Part shown: in pieces, positions 43,276-54,723 of the stretch
How the letters are laid out: every line of letters starts with the position of its first letter
Position numbering within the stretch: the first letter of the stretch is position 1
Assembly (NCBI GenBank): GCA_963749495.1
Contig: CAVVMW010000016.1
Location: 1-64,000 of the forward strand
From: an uncultured bacterium
GTDB taxonomy: Bacteria; Verrucomicrobiota; Verrucomicrobiia; Limisphaerales; UBA8199
Reading direction: 5' to 3'
Length of the DNA stretch: 64,000 nt
The notes under the pieces: model-generated
What the model was told of the DNA's origin: nothing
Databases searched by the model: none
What the model saw: the letters and a program-made list of their open reading frames with translations, nothing else
Position numbers and translations under genes: made by a program

Positions 43276-44112
43276 ATGAACACTGCGAGACTGCTGCTCT
43301 TCCTGTTTTGTCTTACACTCGGTTTCGACGCGCCCGCGGCGGGTTCGCGGTCCGGGCAGATCCTCTTTTGCAGCAACCGCTCCGGTGCGTGGCGCCTGTG
43401 GCTGGTGCAAGCCGACGGCTCGGGATTGAAGCAGTTGACCGCGCAGGATTCGGACGACCAGGACGTCGATCCCGTGTTCAGCCCGGACGGCAAGTCGGTC
43501 CTGTTCACCTCGACGCGCGGCGGCAAGAGCGGGGTCTGGCAATTGTCGCTCGCGGGGGGCAAAGCGGAGCGCGTCTGCGACGGCGACCAGGCCGAGTGGT
43601 CGCCGGATGGCAGGAGAATCGCTCTGCGCCGCCAGGAACGCATCGTCACTCGCGACCTGGCCACGGGCGCCGAGAAGGTCCTCAGCCCCGAGGATTGGCC
43701 TCACTGTTCGGGCCCGGCGTGGAGCCCCGACGGCAAGGCGCTGGCCTTCGCCGCCCGGTGGGAAGGAGGCAATGGCATCTATATCGTCCCGGCCGAAGGC
43801 GGCAAGCCGGCGAAGGTTTATGACCAGCAGGGCGCCTGCGAACCCCATTGGTCGCCGGATGGCACGCGCCTGGTCTATGAAACGGAGACCCATATCTGCA
43901 CGATAAACGCGGACGGCACGAAGAACCGGGTGATCACCTATTTCGGCGGGGTGCAGCGTTATGCCCGCTATAGCCCCGACGGCAAATCCCTGGTCTTCTG
44001 CCAGGGTGTATCCGAGCAAGGTCCCTGGGAGCTCTACCTCATCCCGGCCGCCGGAGGCACGCCCCTCAAACTCACCGAAGGCGGGTCCGATATGTACCCG
44101 GATTGGAGATGA
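43276..44112 (+). CDS. TolB-like PD40 beta-propeller secreted protein
   Basis: Repeated P.[WF]SPDG motifs, signal peptide. Confidence 0.88.
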   Translation: MNTARLLLFLFCLTLGFDAPAAGSRSGQILFCSNRSGAWRLWLVQADGSGLKQLTAQDSDDQDVDPVFSPDGKSVLFTSTRGGKSGVWQLSLAGGKAERVCDGDQAEWSPDGRRIALRRQERIVTRDLATGAEKVLSPEDWPHCSGPAWSPDGKALAFAARWEGGNGIYIVPAEGGKPAKVYDQQGACEPHWSPDGTRLVYETETHICTINADGTKNRVITYFGGVQRYARYSPDGKSLVFCQGVSEQGPWELYLIPAAGGTPLKLTEGGSDMYPDWR

Positions 44113-44116
44113 GACG

Positions 44117-45870
44117 GTGAACACCCCCGAGTCATCTTTGTCGGAACCTTTGTCGGAACCTTTGTCGGAACCTTTGTCGGGACCTTTGTCGGAACCTTTG
44201 TCGCAGCCTTTGTCGAATGGGGCCGGTTTTCGACAAAGGTTCCGACAAAGGCTGCGACAAAGGTTGGGAAAATCACTTGAGGTCCGGTGCAGTAGAGCAG
44301 CGCTCTGCCTGCTCATGCTTTCGACCTCTCTGGCCACCCGTCCGGCCTGTGCGCAGGACGAGGCCCCGGTTGCGCGGCTGTTTGACACGGTTGTCTCCGT
44401 GGCGGGGCCGCTGACGGACGATGCGCTGGCCCGCCAAGGCGCCTGGCGGCAGGTGCCGGAGGACAACGTCAGCCAGGCCTTCAACGGCGATGCCGTTTTG
44501 CTCAATGACAAACTGGCGGTGCTCTTGAAAAAACAGGGGCGGGGCCCGGAGATCTATTCGAGGATGACTGGCCGGCTGAAGCACCGCGCCACGTTGGGCT
44601 GCGCCGGCGCGCTGTCTTCGCCGCTCGACTCACCCGATGGGTTCCGCATCATCCAGAACACGCCCGGCGGCGTGGTCGTGGAAGCAGGCTTCAAGGGCGG
44701 CGGACCGGCGTCCCTGCGCCTGCGCCTGACGACAGGTGAATCCATCCTTGAGATCCAGTCCAAAGAAGGGGCCGGCTTTGTCGAGGTGCAATCGCAGACC
44801 CGTTATGTGGTCGTCCCGGATTATTTCGGCGATGACCTGGTTATGCGGCCGGGGCCACGGGCGGCCTGTTTCTCCCGGCAGAGAACTTTTGCCTTCACCT
44901 CCTGGAGGGCGAGGAGGCAATGCTGATGAGCGTGCGGCAATCCAGCGAGCAGGACGAATGGCTTGCCGTTGGAGGCGGCAGCGCCGAGGTTGGGTCTTGG
45001 CGCAGCCTGATTCGTTGCCCGAAGGACAAGAGCGTATGGCTGGCTTTCCTGGAATGCCCTGCCATTTGGCACGCCCGGGGTGCGTTGGCGGGCGATGCCT
45101 GGGAACCCCCGTTCCGTGCCAAATGGCGCGGCAGTTTCGTTCGGCAAGACTGCGCGGCCGATTCCTGGGAAATGGGGGCGGGACCTGGCCCGGGGCAAAA
45201 CGCCGGCCCGCACCAGGGGCCGCTGATCATTTACCCGCTCGACCGGAGCACCGCCACCCCGCTCACGGCCACTTGTCCTACTGATGTCATGCGGAACACC
45301 CTGGGCGTAGGGCCCTGCCAATACATTCTCGCCTGCGAGGGTCTGGGCGCCCATGGCGATCCCACCCCCAACAGCGTCATGGGCTGGGTGGAAAAGCAGT
45401 TCGAGACCAAGCGCGACCGCAAGGCGGCCGACGACATCAAGGAACGCCTGGAGCAGATGGTCAAACACGTGGCCGACGCCCGCGCGCGAATCGAACGTTA
45501 CGCCGAGTTTGCCCGCCAGCTCCGCAATTCGCCCGGCGGCAATCAGGCCCCATTCGCAGCCCGCGTTGCGGACATGGAGCGGTTCTCCGCCGCCGGCTTG
45601 GCCCCGGACACCTCGCCGCAGCGTGCCCGGCAATTGGCGGACCAAGCCGCCGCCCTTATCGGCCACGAGAATGCCTTGGCCCCATGCCGGGAGCTCGGAC
45701 AGCAGCTTCGGTCCATCGGCACGGTCCAGGATCGCGCCCTGGCAAAATGCCGCATGGCGGTGCGGCGCGTACGCCAGGAGGCCCGGACTCTCGCCCTGCA
45801 CGAACCGTCTGCCGCCGCCCCCGCCCTCCAGATGCAACGGCTGACAGAACAATTCCTACAAACCAAATGA
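44117..45870 (+). CDS. Secreted hypothetical protein, paralog of downstream gene (frameshift near 44860)
   Basis: GTG with GGAG RBS; GDAVLLND, VVPDYFGDD, RNTLGVGPCQYIL shared with next ORF. Confidence 0.7.
44136..44263. repeat. Inverted 12-mer tandem repeat (CCTTTGTCGGAA)n; copy 52118-52198
   Basis: Direct reading. Confidence 0.9.
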
Positions 45871-48299
45871 AAACCCAGATCCTGCGACTGTTAAGGCCGG
45901 CTAACAAAATTAGCGAAGTAACCGCAGAGAACACAAAGATCGCAAAGAAAGCCCTCAATTTCACCGGATCTCTGTGTTCTTTGCGTTCTTTGCGGTTAAT
46001 TCTGTTAGCCGCTCTAAGTGGCGTTCTTATCTTCGTGCCGAGCGTCCCGTTGGGCGCCTCGGAGCCGCCGAGGAACTTCTTCGCCAATCCCAGCTTCGAA
46101 CTCGGCCAGGAGGGATGGATACTGGACAAGGCCGGCAAGACCCAGTGCCAGTTCTCGGTGGACGACGCCGATGCCGCCGATGGCCGCTATAGCGTGGCGC
46201 TGCGGCTTTCCGCGGTCGAAGGCTGGGGCGTGCAATTCGGCCAGAATTTTGCCGCCGGGGAAAAAGGCAAGACATTCACCTTCGCCGTGCTGGCCCGGAG
46301 CGCGCAGGACCCCGTCGAGGTTGGCCTCCAAATCGAGCGCAGCGCCTCGCCCTGGGACCGGGCGGCTGGCGAGCACTTCAAACTGAACAAGGATTGGCAG
46401 GAATTGCACTTGACTTTCAAAATCGAAAAAGATTTTCCCCAAGGCTGGTTCGCCTACCTCAGTTGCACCCAGCCCCAGGCCCAAATCCGCGCCGACCTGT
46501 TCCGGCTCTACGAAGGCCCCTATGTCCCCTACAAGGAAGTCGTCCGCCAGGAAATGGCCTCCGTGGGCGTCCGCGTTTTCGATACCCCCGCTCCCTCCGC
46601 CGTGCCGTTGAGCGGCGAGGCCCTCTCGAGCAGGCCAGCGTGGACCGAGGTTGCTGAAGATGACCTGGCCCACAGCTTCAAAGGGGATGCCGTCTTCATG
46701 AACGACCGGCTGGCCGTGGTGCTGCGCCGCGGGGCTCCAGGCGGCGAGGTCTATTCCCTGGCGCCCGAGGGTCCGCTGCTGCGAAGCGTGTTGGTCCCGG
46801 TGGGCGCCGCCAAGGCGGTAACGCTCTCCTCATGGACGCTCCTGCAGAACAACGCGGGTGCGTGTGCCGCGGACGTCCTGTTCAGTGCGCCTGGCGGGCA
46901 GGCGCTCAAGTTGCGTTACGACCTCAAGGCCGGCGAGCCTATCCTCCTGACCACGGCGCGGGAGGGGGCGACCTCCCTGCGCGTCGAGGCCCCGTGCCGC
47001 TTTGTGGTGATGCCGGACTTCTTTGCGGACGACATCGTCGTCGAGGCCTCCGATCTCCCGGTGAGCGAGGCCGAGTTGCCGGGCGACAACCTGCTGCTGC
47101 ACCTGCTGCCGGACCGCAAGGCCATCCTGATGACCGTAGTCAAGACCAGTGAGGAGGATGTCCGGGTGGCGCTCTCCGGCCAGAACGAGCAGCGGAGGAT
47201 TGACAGCTCCGAGGTCCGCTACGGAACGGACGGCCGGATCTGGGTGGCCATTGTGGCCCGGCCGGCAATCTGGCACGTGCAGGAGATTGGCCGGGAACAG
47301 GCCGGCCAGGTCCTTTCCCTGGAGTGGAAGGCCCCGTTTCCCGCGCTATGGCGCACCGATTGGCGGCGGGACAAGAGCCTGACCGATAGCTGGGAGATGC
47401 TCAACGAGAGGGCCGACGGCCAGTTCACCAAGTATGGCCTTTTCGGGGGGCCGGATACGATCCCGGCGAATCGGGAGCGGTGGACGACCGTCCTGGGCAC
47501 CTTCCAGTACCCGTGTTGGCTGGACCGGGACGGCCGGGCCTGGTTGCAACCGCTCCGGCACCCGGCCCTGCGGTTCCAAGGGCCGGCCCTCATCTACCCG
47601 CTCAGCCGCGCCCCCGCCACCGCCCTCGATGCCTTCACGGTCATCGATGTCCTCCGCAACACCCTCGGCGTCGGGCCGTGCGAATACGTCCTCGACGTGG
47701 AAGGGCAGAAATCACAATACAAAGGCCGGGCGACCTGCTCGGTGCGGGACACTCTGAACCCGATCTACAAGAGCCACGAACAAAAAGCGCGCCGGGCGGA
47801 GATCGAGCGAACGCTCCAGGACCTGATGCTATTCGTCCGCCACATCCGCGGGCGGATCGAAGGCTACGTCGCCTTTGGGCACGAAATCCTCGAGTACCTG
47901 GAGCAACAGAAAAGGGCGCACCCGGAGTTGGCCGGGCCGATTGGCGAATTGGAATCGGTTGCGCGGATGACGGACGCCAAATTCGCGGCGCGCAAGGATG
48001 CCATCCAAACTCCCGCCGCCGCCGCCAAAATGGTCGAGGAGTTCAAACAGACCGTGCTCGATTACGACGGGGACGATGCCCTGGCCCGGTGCCGGCGCTT
48101 CACCGAAGGTTGGGTGGAGATCGGCGGCAACCAGGACGAACTGGCCGGCGAGTGTCGTTGGGCGGTGAAAATGCTCCGGCAAAAGGCCGGTTTGTTGATG
48201 GCAACGGATCCTCGCATGGCCGAGATCGGCAAGGAACTCCGGCGCCGCAGCCAGATCGTCCTGCGCGCCCCGGCCATTCATGAAGGGGCAAGACATTAG
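45867..48299 (+). CDS. Secreted hypothetical protein with N-terminal CBM4/9-like domain
   Basis: ATGA-coupled start; NFFANPSFE..W, WQE..LTF, D.FRLYE carbohydrate-binding-module pattern. Confidence 0.8.
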   Translation: MKTQILRLLRPANKISEVTAENTKIAKKALNFTGSLCSLRSLRLILLAALSGVLIFVPSVPLGASEPPRNFFANPSFELGQEGWILDKAGKTQCQFSVDDADAADGRYSVALRLSAVEGWGVQFGQNFAAGEKGKTFTFAVLARSAQDPVEVGLQIERSASPWDRAAGEHFKLNKDWQELHLTFKIEKDFPQGWFAYLSCTQPQAQIRADLFRLYEGPYVPYKEVVRQEMASVGVRVFDTPAPSAVPLSGEALSSRPAWTEVAEDDLAHSFKGDAVFMNDRLAVVLRRGAPGGEVYSLAPEGPLLRSVLVPVGAAKAVTLSSWTLLQNNAGACAADVLFSAPGGQALKLRYDLKAGEPILLTTAREGATSLRVEAPCRFVVMPDFFADDIVVEASDLPVSEAELPGDNLLLHLLPDRKAILMTVVKTSEEDVRVALSGQNEQRRIDSSEVRYGTDGRIWVAIVARPAIWHVQEIGREQAGQVLSLEWKAPFPALWRTDWRRDKSLTDSWEMLNERADGQFTKYGLFGGPDTIPANRERWTTVLGTFQYPCWLDRDGRAWLQPLRHPALRFQGPALIYPLSRAPATALDAFTVIDVLRNTLGVGPCEYVLDVEGQKSQYKGRATCSVRDTLNPIYKSHEQKARRAEIERTLQDLMLFVRHIRGRIEGYVAFGHEILEYLEQQKRAHPELAGPIGELESVARMTDAKFAARKDAIQTPAAAAKMVEEFKQTVLDYDGDDALARCRRFTEGWVEIGGNQDELAGECRWAVKMLRQKAGLLMATDPRMAEIGKELRRRSQIVLRAPAIHEGARH

Positions 48300-48323
48300 G
48301 CGCTGAATCCCAAATCCGAAACA

Positions 48324-48386
48324 GGCAGAAACATGGGGGCAGAAAAATGTGTTTCTTTCATATCTTTCTGCCCCCATTTTTCTGCC
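48324..48386. repeat. Inverted repeat GGCAGAAA(C/A)ATG-type
   Basis: GGCAGAAACATGGGGGCAGAAA / TTTCTGCCCCCATTTTTCTGCC. Confidence 0.75.
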
Positions 48387-48421
48387 AGTTCAGGATCTCA
48401 AGTCCAAAGCTCGAATAGGCC

Positions 48422-49535
48422 ATGTTCAGTAACGCCTCAATGACCCCTCACCCCGGCCCTCTCCCCTTCGGAAGGGGAGAGGGAGAAGCGTCGGCCGTCT
48501 CTCGAACTTCCTTTGCGTCTCCGCTTCCTCAAGCGCTACCGAGAATTCCCCCTCTCCCCTTCCGAAGGGGAGAGGGCCGGGGTGAGGGGTTCGCCGCTGA
48601 CTCCGTTTCCGCCTTCACGGGCCTTGCGGCCGCTCTGGCGGCGCTGCCACGGTTCACGGTTCACGTTTCACGTTTCACGCCTCCTCTCGCCGGCATCGCC
48701 GTGGCTCTGACGGCGTTGCTCAGCGCCGGCTGTAACCGGGCTGGCGCGCCCGCGCCGGCCCAAGACCCCGACGGCGGCCCCCAAGACCGTCACCGGTTCA
48801 AACGGCCTTGCCGTGGTCCTCATCCCCGCCGGCGAGTTCATCATGGGCGACAACGACGGCGATGCCGATGAACGGCCCGCCCACAAAGTGCGAGTCAGCG
48901 CCTTTTACATGGATACCCGCGAGGTCACCCAAAAGGCCTACGAGGGCCTCATGGAAGCGAATCCCTCCAAATCCAAAGGCCCCGACAAGCCGGTGGAACA
49001 GGTGGATTGGTACCACGCCGTTCTGTTCTGCAATATGCGCTCACTCAAAGAGGGCCTCAAGCCGTGCTACGACTCCAAGACCCTGTCGTGTGATTTCACC
49101 GCCGGGGGCTACCGGCTCCCGACCGAGGCCGAATGGGAATACGCCTGCCGGGCCGGAACACGGGACAAATACTCTTGTGGCGATGCGCCGGACAAACTCA
49201 AGACGTGCGCCTGGTTCAAGGAAAACGCTGCTCAAACCACCCATCCGGCCGGGCAAAAGGCCCCCAATCCGTGGGGCCTTTATGATATGCACGGCAACGT
49301 GTCCGAGTGGTGCCAGGACTTCTATGCCGAAGGCTATTACCAGAAAAACGAGGGCCAGGACCCGCGCGGGCCGTCTGCAGGTGACAAGTGTGTTCTGCGC
49401 GGCGGCAGTTGGCGAACCGGGCCCGATGGCTGCCGCTCTTCGGCCCGCAACAGCGAAACCCCGCGTTTCGCCGATGCCTGTTTCGGGTCCGACTCCTGCG
49501 GCTTCCGTTGCGTGCGAAGCGCCAGGTATGATTAG
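48422..49535 (+). CDS. Formylglycine-generating enzyme (SUMF1)-family lipoprotein (frameshift near 48770)
   Basis: LSAGC lipobox; IPAGEFIMG, RLPTEAEWEYACRAG, NPWGLYDMHGNVSEW, RGGSW, GFRCVR. Confidence 0.88.
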
Positions 49536-49538
49536 TTG

Positions 49539-49819
49539 GACAATGTTAGATTTCCTCGGAAAAATAGCCAGCGTGGTCAGTCCTGTCCCGGAGGGACACT
49601 TGACAATAGCCCAACGTTTCAACGTTGGGTTTAGCGGCCATGGGGGAACAAGTCCCGTAGGGACGGCTGAAAAGACGGTTGATTTCAGCCGTCCCTACGG
49701 GACTCATGATCATTCGGTGCGGGTGAACCCAACGTTGAAACGTTGGGCTATTCTCAGATGTCCCTCCGGGACAGGACTCGGGCGCGTTCAGCCTGTTTCC
49801 GAGGAAATCTAACATTGTC
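49539..49819. repeat. MITE-like element: 24-bp perfect TIR around REP family D core
   Basis: GACAATGTTAGATTTCCTCGGAAA / TTTCCGAGGAAATCTAACATTGTC. Confidence 0.82.
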
Positions 49820-49828
49820 GAATTAATT

Positions 49829-52102
49829 ATGAAAAGCGTTCTCAACCGGCTCGTGCCGAGCGCACTGGGCGTAACATGCCTGCTGTGGGCAGCCCATTTT
49901 GCCCGCGCCGCTCTCACGGATTACGCCAAACCGATGATCGGAACGGCCGAGCACGGCCACGTTTTCCCCGGCGCCACCGTCCCGTTTGGGATGGTCCAGG
50001 TGTCGCCGGACACGCGTGACGGAAGCGCGGACGATGCCTACCAGGACGGCGCTGTCGGGTATCACTATTCCGACACGTCAATCATGGGCTTCTCCCACAA
50101 CCACCTGACGGGCACCGGCATCGGCGATCTGGGCAATGTCCTGCTCATGCCGACGGTGGGCGCAGTGAAACTGGTTGCCGGCAAAGAGCCTGGGACAGGC
50201 TACCGCGCCCGCTTTTCCCACGACCAGGAAGAGGCCCGGCCCGGCTACTACCGTGTCTTCCTTCCCGATTATAAAATCAACGTGGAGCTGACTGCCACCA
50301 GCCGCGTCGGCCTGCACCGCTATACGTTCCCGGAGACCTCGGACGGCCATGTCATTCTCGACCTGTGGCATGGCATCGGCCGGGGCAACCGCTCCCATCC
50401 GACCGATTCCGCCATCACCATCGAAAACCCGCGCACGGTCAGTGGCTTCCGCCGGAGCCGCGGCTGGGGTGGCGACAAGATCTATTACTTCGTGCTGGAG
50501 TTCTCCCGCCCCTTCGATGGTGCGGGGCTGGCCTCTGACGGGAGCAATGTCAGTGCCAGGCAGGCCCAGGGCAGGAATCTGCAAGGCCATTTTGATTTCA
50601 AAACCAAGGCCGGAGAGCAGCTCACCGTTCGCGTTGCCCTTTCCACCGTGAGTGTCGAGGGGGCGCGCAACAATCTCCGGGCCGAAGCCGCCACGGGTGA
50701 TTTTGACGCCATCGCCGCTGCGGCTCGCGCCCAATGGGAGCAGGCCCTCGGGACCATCCAGGTGCAGGCCGCCGACAAAAGCTTCCTGGAAACTTTCTAC
50801 TCCGCCTTCTACCACGTCTTTCTGGCCCCGACGCTCCTGAGCGACGTGGATGGCCAGGTCCGCGGTCCGGACACCCGCGTCCACCAGGTCAAGGGCTTCG
50901 ATTACTACTCCGAGTTGTCGCTCTGGGACACGTTCCGCGCCGAGCATCCCCTGTTGACGCTCGTTCAGCCCAATCGCGTCAACGACATGATCAACACGAT
51001 GCTCGCCCATTACAGGTTCTTCGGGCAAAAAGCCCTCCCGGTCTGGGTCGAGTCGGGCAAAGAAAACTGGTGCATGATCGGCAACCATTCGATCCCGGTG
51101 ATCGTCAATGCGTATCTCAAGGGCTTCCGCCAGTGGGATGCTGCCGAGGCGCTGGCGGACATGGTCGCCACGACCGAAGGCAGCCGGGCCCAGATGCCCG
51201 AATACCGGGCCCATGGCTACATCGCCAGCGGCAAGAACGCCGAGGCGGTCTCCAAGACCCTCGAATACGCCTACGACGATGCCTGCATCGCCCGGTTCGC
51301 CAAGGCCCTGGGGCAACACGACGTCGCCGGCCGCTACGCCAAACGCGCCAATAACTGGCAGAATGTCTTTGACCCCGGCACCGCCTTCATGCGCGGCAAG
51401 ACCAAAGAGGGCGCCTGGGTCGCGCCTTTCAACCCCAACGCCATTGACGCCGATTCCTACACCGAGGCCAACGCCTGGCAATCTTATTTCGTGCCCCAGG
51501 ACGTGCCGGGCCTGATCCGGAGCATGGGTGGTGACGAAAAGTTCGCGGCCCGCCTCGACCAGGTTTTCGAGAGCAAGGAGCAAATCGTCAATTTCTCGGA
51601 GGATGTCGTCGGCCTCATCGGCATGTACGCCCATGGCAACGAACCGTGCCACCACTATGCCTACCTCTATGCCTACGCCGGGCGACCCTGGAAAACCCAG
51701 GCCCGCATCCGCCAGGTGTGCAACACGCTCTACAACAACACGACCGCCGGCATGTGCGGCAACGATGACTGCGGCCAGATGTCAGCCTGGTATGTCTTCA
51801 GCGCGCTGGGCCTTTACCCGGCCGATCCCTGTGGCGGCGTATATGTCCTGGGCGGCCCGCTGATGGACCAGGCGACCCTCACGCTCGCTCCCCCACATTA
51901 CAAAGGCGCCCGGTTCACCATCATCGCCACGGACAATTCCCCCGCGAACCTGTATATCCAGTCAGCGACCCTCAACGGCCAGCCCCTCGCCCGCACCTGG
52001 CTCACTCACGACGAGATAGCAGCCGGCGGCAGGCTTGTCCTGCAGATGGGCCCGGCTGCCAACCCAGCCTGGGGCGCTGCCCCCGCCGACCGGCCCAGAT
52101 AG
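49829..52102 (+). CDS. GH92 alpha-1,2-mannosidase family
   Basis: PGATVPFGMVQ.SPDT, SLWDTFRA, SKTLEYAYDD, HGNEP, GNDDCGQMSAWY. Confidence 0.95.
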   Translation: MKSVLNRLVPSALGVTCLLWAAHFARAALTDYAKPMIGTAEHGHVFPGATVPFGMVQVSPDTRDGSADDAYQDGAVGYHYSDTSIMGFSHNHLTGTGIGDLGNVLLMPTVGAVKLVAGKEPGTGYRARFSHDQEEARPGYYRVFLPDYKINVELTATSRVGLHRYTFPETSDGHVILDLWHGIGRGNRSHPTDSAITIENPRTVSGFRRSRGWGGDKIYYFVLEFSRPFDGAGLASDGSNVSARQAQGRNLQGHFDFKTKAGEQLTVRVALSTVSVEGARNNLRAEAATGDFDAIAAAARAQWEQALGTIQVQAADKSFLETFYSAFYHVFLAPTLLSDVDGQVRGPDTRVHQVKGFDYYSELSLWDTFRAEHPLLTLVQPNRVNDMINTMLAHYRFFGQKALPVWVESGKENWCMIGNHSIPVIVNAYLKGFRQWDAAEALADMVATTEGSRAQMPEYRAHGYIASGKNAEAVSKTLEYAYDDACIARFAKALGQHDVAGRYAKRANNWQNVFDPGTAFMRGKTKEGAWVAPFNPNAIDADSYTEANAWQSYFVPQDVPGLIRSMGGDEKFAARLDQVFESKEQIVNFSEDVVGLIGMYAHGNEPCHHYAYLYAYAGRPWKTQARIRQVCNTLYNNTTAGMCGNDDCGQMSAWYVFSALGLYPADPCGGVYVLGGPLMDQATLTLAPPHYKGARFTIIATDNSPANLYIQSATLNGQPLARTWLTHDEIAAGGRLVLQMGPAANPAWGAAPADRPR

Positions 52103-52862
52103 GCGCTGATTCCGGACCTTTGTCGCAGTCTTTGTCGGCACCTTTGTCGAGAAATGGTCAATTCGACAAAGGTCTCGACAAAGGTCTCGACAAAGGTCCC
52201 CCACTCCCGAGGTTGTTCGGACGGGCTCTGGATAATAGCCCGGGGCTGAGCCCGCCAGGCCGCATGACGTTCCATAATCCGTTGGCGATTGTAATGGCCA
52301 AGCGATGGTCTGGGCAGGCACAATCGGTCGCGTCGGTTCGGATGGTTGGCTGCCGGTTCGAGTCAAGAGTCGGGGCGACCCCCGAGGGGCGGGTGTCGAG
52401 GGAGCCGCTGGGAATGCGTCGCGTAGCAACGCCATGAAGGTAGCCGTGGACTTTCAGTCCACGGTTCGAGCGCCCAAAGCGTGGCGCGTCGCGTAGCGAC
52501 GCCTGAATGCCTCCTGGTGCCTGAAACCCGGGCTGGGCCGAGCGAAAATCCAATGCGGCTGGCGGCTCGGCCCGGTCTTCAGGCGTCGCTACGCGACGCA
52601 ATTGATGCTTGGCCTGTGAACCGTGGACTGAAAGTCCACGGCTACCGTCAAGCACCGCTACGCGGTGCCAAACGCCCTCTCCCCTTCGGAAGGGGAGGGG
52701 TCCGCCGGGGACTCCGTCTCCGCCTACGCTGACGGGTCGGGTTCCGAGCGCAGAGCGGCCGCCCCTTGACACCGGGCACTCGACACCCGACACTGGCATC
52801 CGAATACCGTTGAACCGAGGTTTAGGCGTGGCTGAGAATGCGGTTTACTGTGTCTATCATTT

Positions 52863-54477
52863 ATGAAGTTATCCAAAAATCTAATGGCAGGGGCGGCTAT
52901 CCTTTGGGTGTCGGTTGCGCTGGGCGCCGATGCGCCACTGGCCCGGCTGGGCGTGCGCAGTTACACGGATTTGACCAACGCGATCAGCCGGCTGGCCAAA
53001 TGCATCGATCCCAACGAGACGGCGGACCCCGCGCTCGAACTCACCGGGCACCTGGGGATGACCAATCTGGCGGCCTTGGACGCAACGCGTCCGTGGGAAC
53101 TCGCTCTTTGGCATGGGGGCGGCGATGAACCGCTGCTGGCCCTCAAGGCGCCGGTCAAGGACGTGGCCCAGTTCAAAGAGAGCTTGAGCCCGAGGGCGTG
53201 CTGCGGAGCAAAGGCAGCGGTTGGAGCCAGTTGACCAATGGCTTTGGCCTCATCCTGTTCCGCGAGGAGGGTTCCCTCTCGGACGCGGAAAAATCCGCGT
53301 TGAACGAGTGGAAGTCCCAGCCCGTCACGCCCCCCGCGGGGCTGGTGGCACTGAGTGTAGGCATGACCGAGCCGCTGCGGGAGCAGGCGCTCGGCCTGGT
53401 GTCCATTGGCAAGATGTCCGTGAGCCAGGCATTGGCTTCGCAGGGCTCCCAGATGGGAGCCAGCCTGACCCCGGCCGCCATGGGAGAGGTGGTGGGTCTT
53501 TATTTTGACCTCATCGAGACCTTCCTCAAGGGGTTGCAGGATACCACTATCGGCCTGGACCTTTCTTCCGAAGCCCTGATGGTCGAGAATGTCCTCACGG
53601 CCAAGCCTGGAACGGATTTGGCGAACTGGGTGCAAAAGCGGCCCACCAGATCACCGCGCAGGACTTGAATTGGGTCGATCCAAACGCCTCGGGTTCGATG
53701 GCGGGCTATTTCGGCAAGGACCCCGCGCTTTTGAAGCTGGTCTCAAAAATGATCCGCGTGAGCTTTCAGGTGCAGAACATGGAGACCAATGGCGCGGCGG
53801 CCAAGGGCCTGGACAACTTGGTCGCCAGGCTGCTGCCGGCGGTCTTCGCGGGCTCCGTGGAGATGAAAGGCAAGTTCGCCTTCGACGGGGCCTACCGTTT
53901 TCCGGGCGCCAACGTCACGGAGACCTACGGCCAAATCAAGCAGTTCCTGACCAACAGCTTCCAAACCTTCGTTGGCAAAGACAAGATGTATTCCGCCGCC
54001 AGCCTCGCCGAGAAGCACGACACAATCAATGGCACCCCGGTGGATCGGGTCACATTGACCCTGAATATGGATAGCCCCTGGTTCAAATTCCCCGGCCAAA
54101 AAGAGCAGCTTCAGGCCTTCTGGCCCGATGGCAAAATGGAATTCGACTATGCCATCCAGGGGGATCGGTTGCTGGCGGCCACGCCAGTGCGAATGAAAGA
54201 GATACTCGAGTCCTCGGGCGGCAAGTCAAATCCCAAACCGGCTTTCAAACTCGGGGAAGGGACTGTCCTGGCCGGATACGTGAACCCGCTGACCTTCATC
54301 GGCCAGATGTCCGCCGCCAACCCCGCTATCCCGGAGGCTGTCAAAGACAAATTGGCCAAGCTCGATGCCCAGGGCACCGGCATCCAGTTCGAGGTGCGCG
54401 TGGACAAGCAATTGCGCTCCACCACTCGAGTCCCGCTCAAGCTCTTCCGCGAGCTGGGATCGCTCAAGGACGAGTAA
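52863..54477 (+). CDS. Secreted hypothetical protein (frameshifts near 53190 and 53645)
   Basis: Signal peptide; three overlapping ORFs with continuous coding style. Confidence 0.65.
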
Positions 54478-54723
54478 CGTCACGGGCGCAGGACAGACCC
54501 CTCACCCCGGCCCTCTCCCCGTCCGACGGGGAGAGGGAGAGGCGTCGGCAGCCTCGGGAGCCTCCCGGGGTCTGCGCTTCCTCAAACCGCTACCGAGAAC
54601 TCTCCCTCTCCCCTTCCCAAGGGGAGAGGGCCGGGTTGAGGGGTCTGCCCCGTGACGCTCCCGGCTTCAGAGGCCTCACAAAACCGGCTGGCTTTTTGGC
54701 CCGCAACGGGTTTAGCTACCCGC

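Noticed and set aside
52330..52400. tRNA-like GGTTCGAGTC motif
   Set aside because: No cloverleaf, D-arm or acceptor stem can be formed
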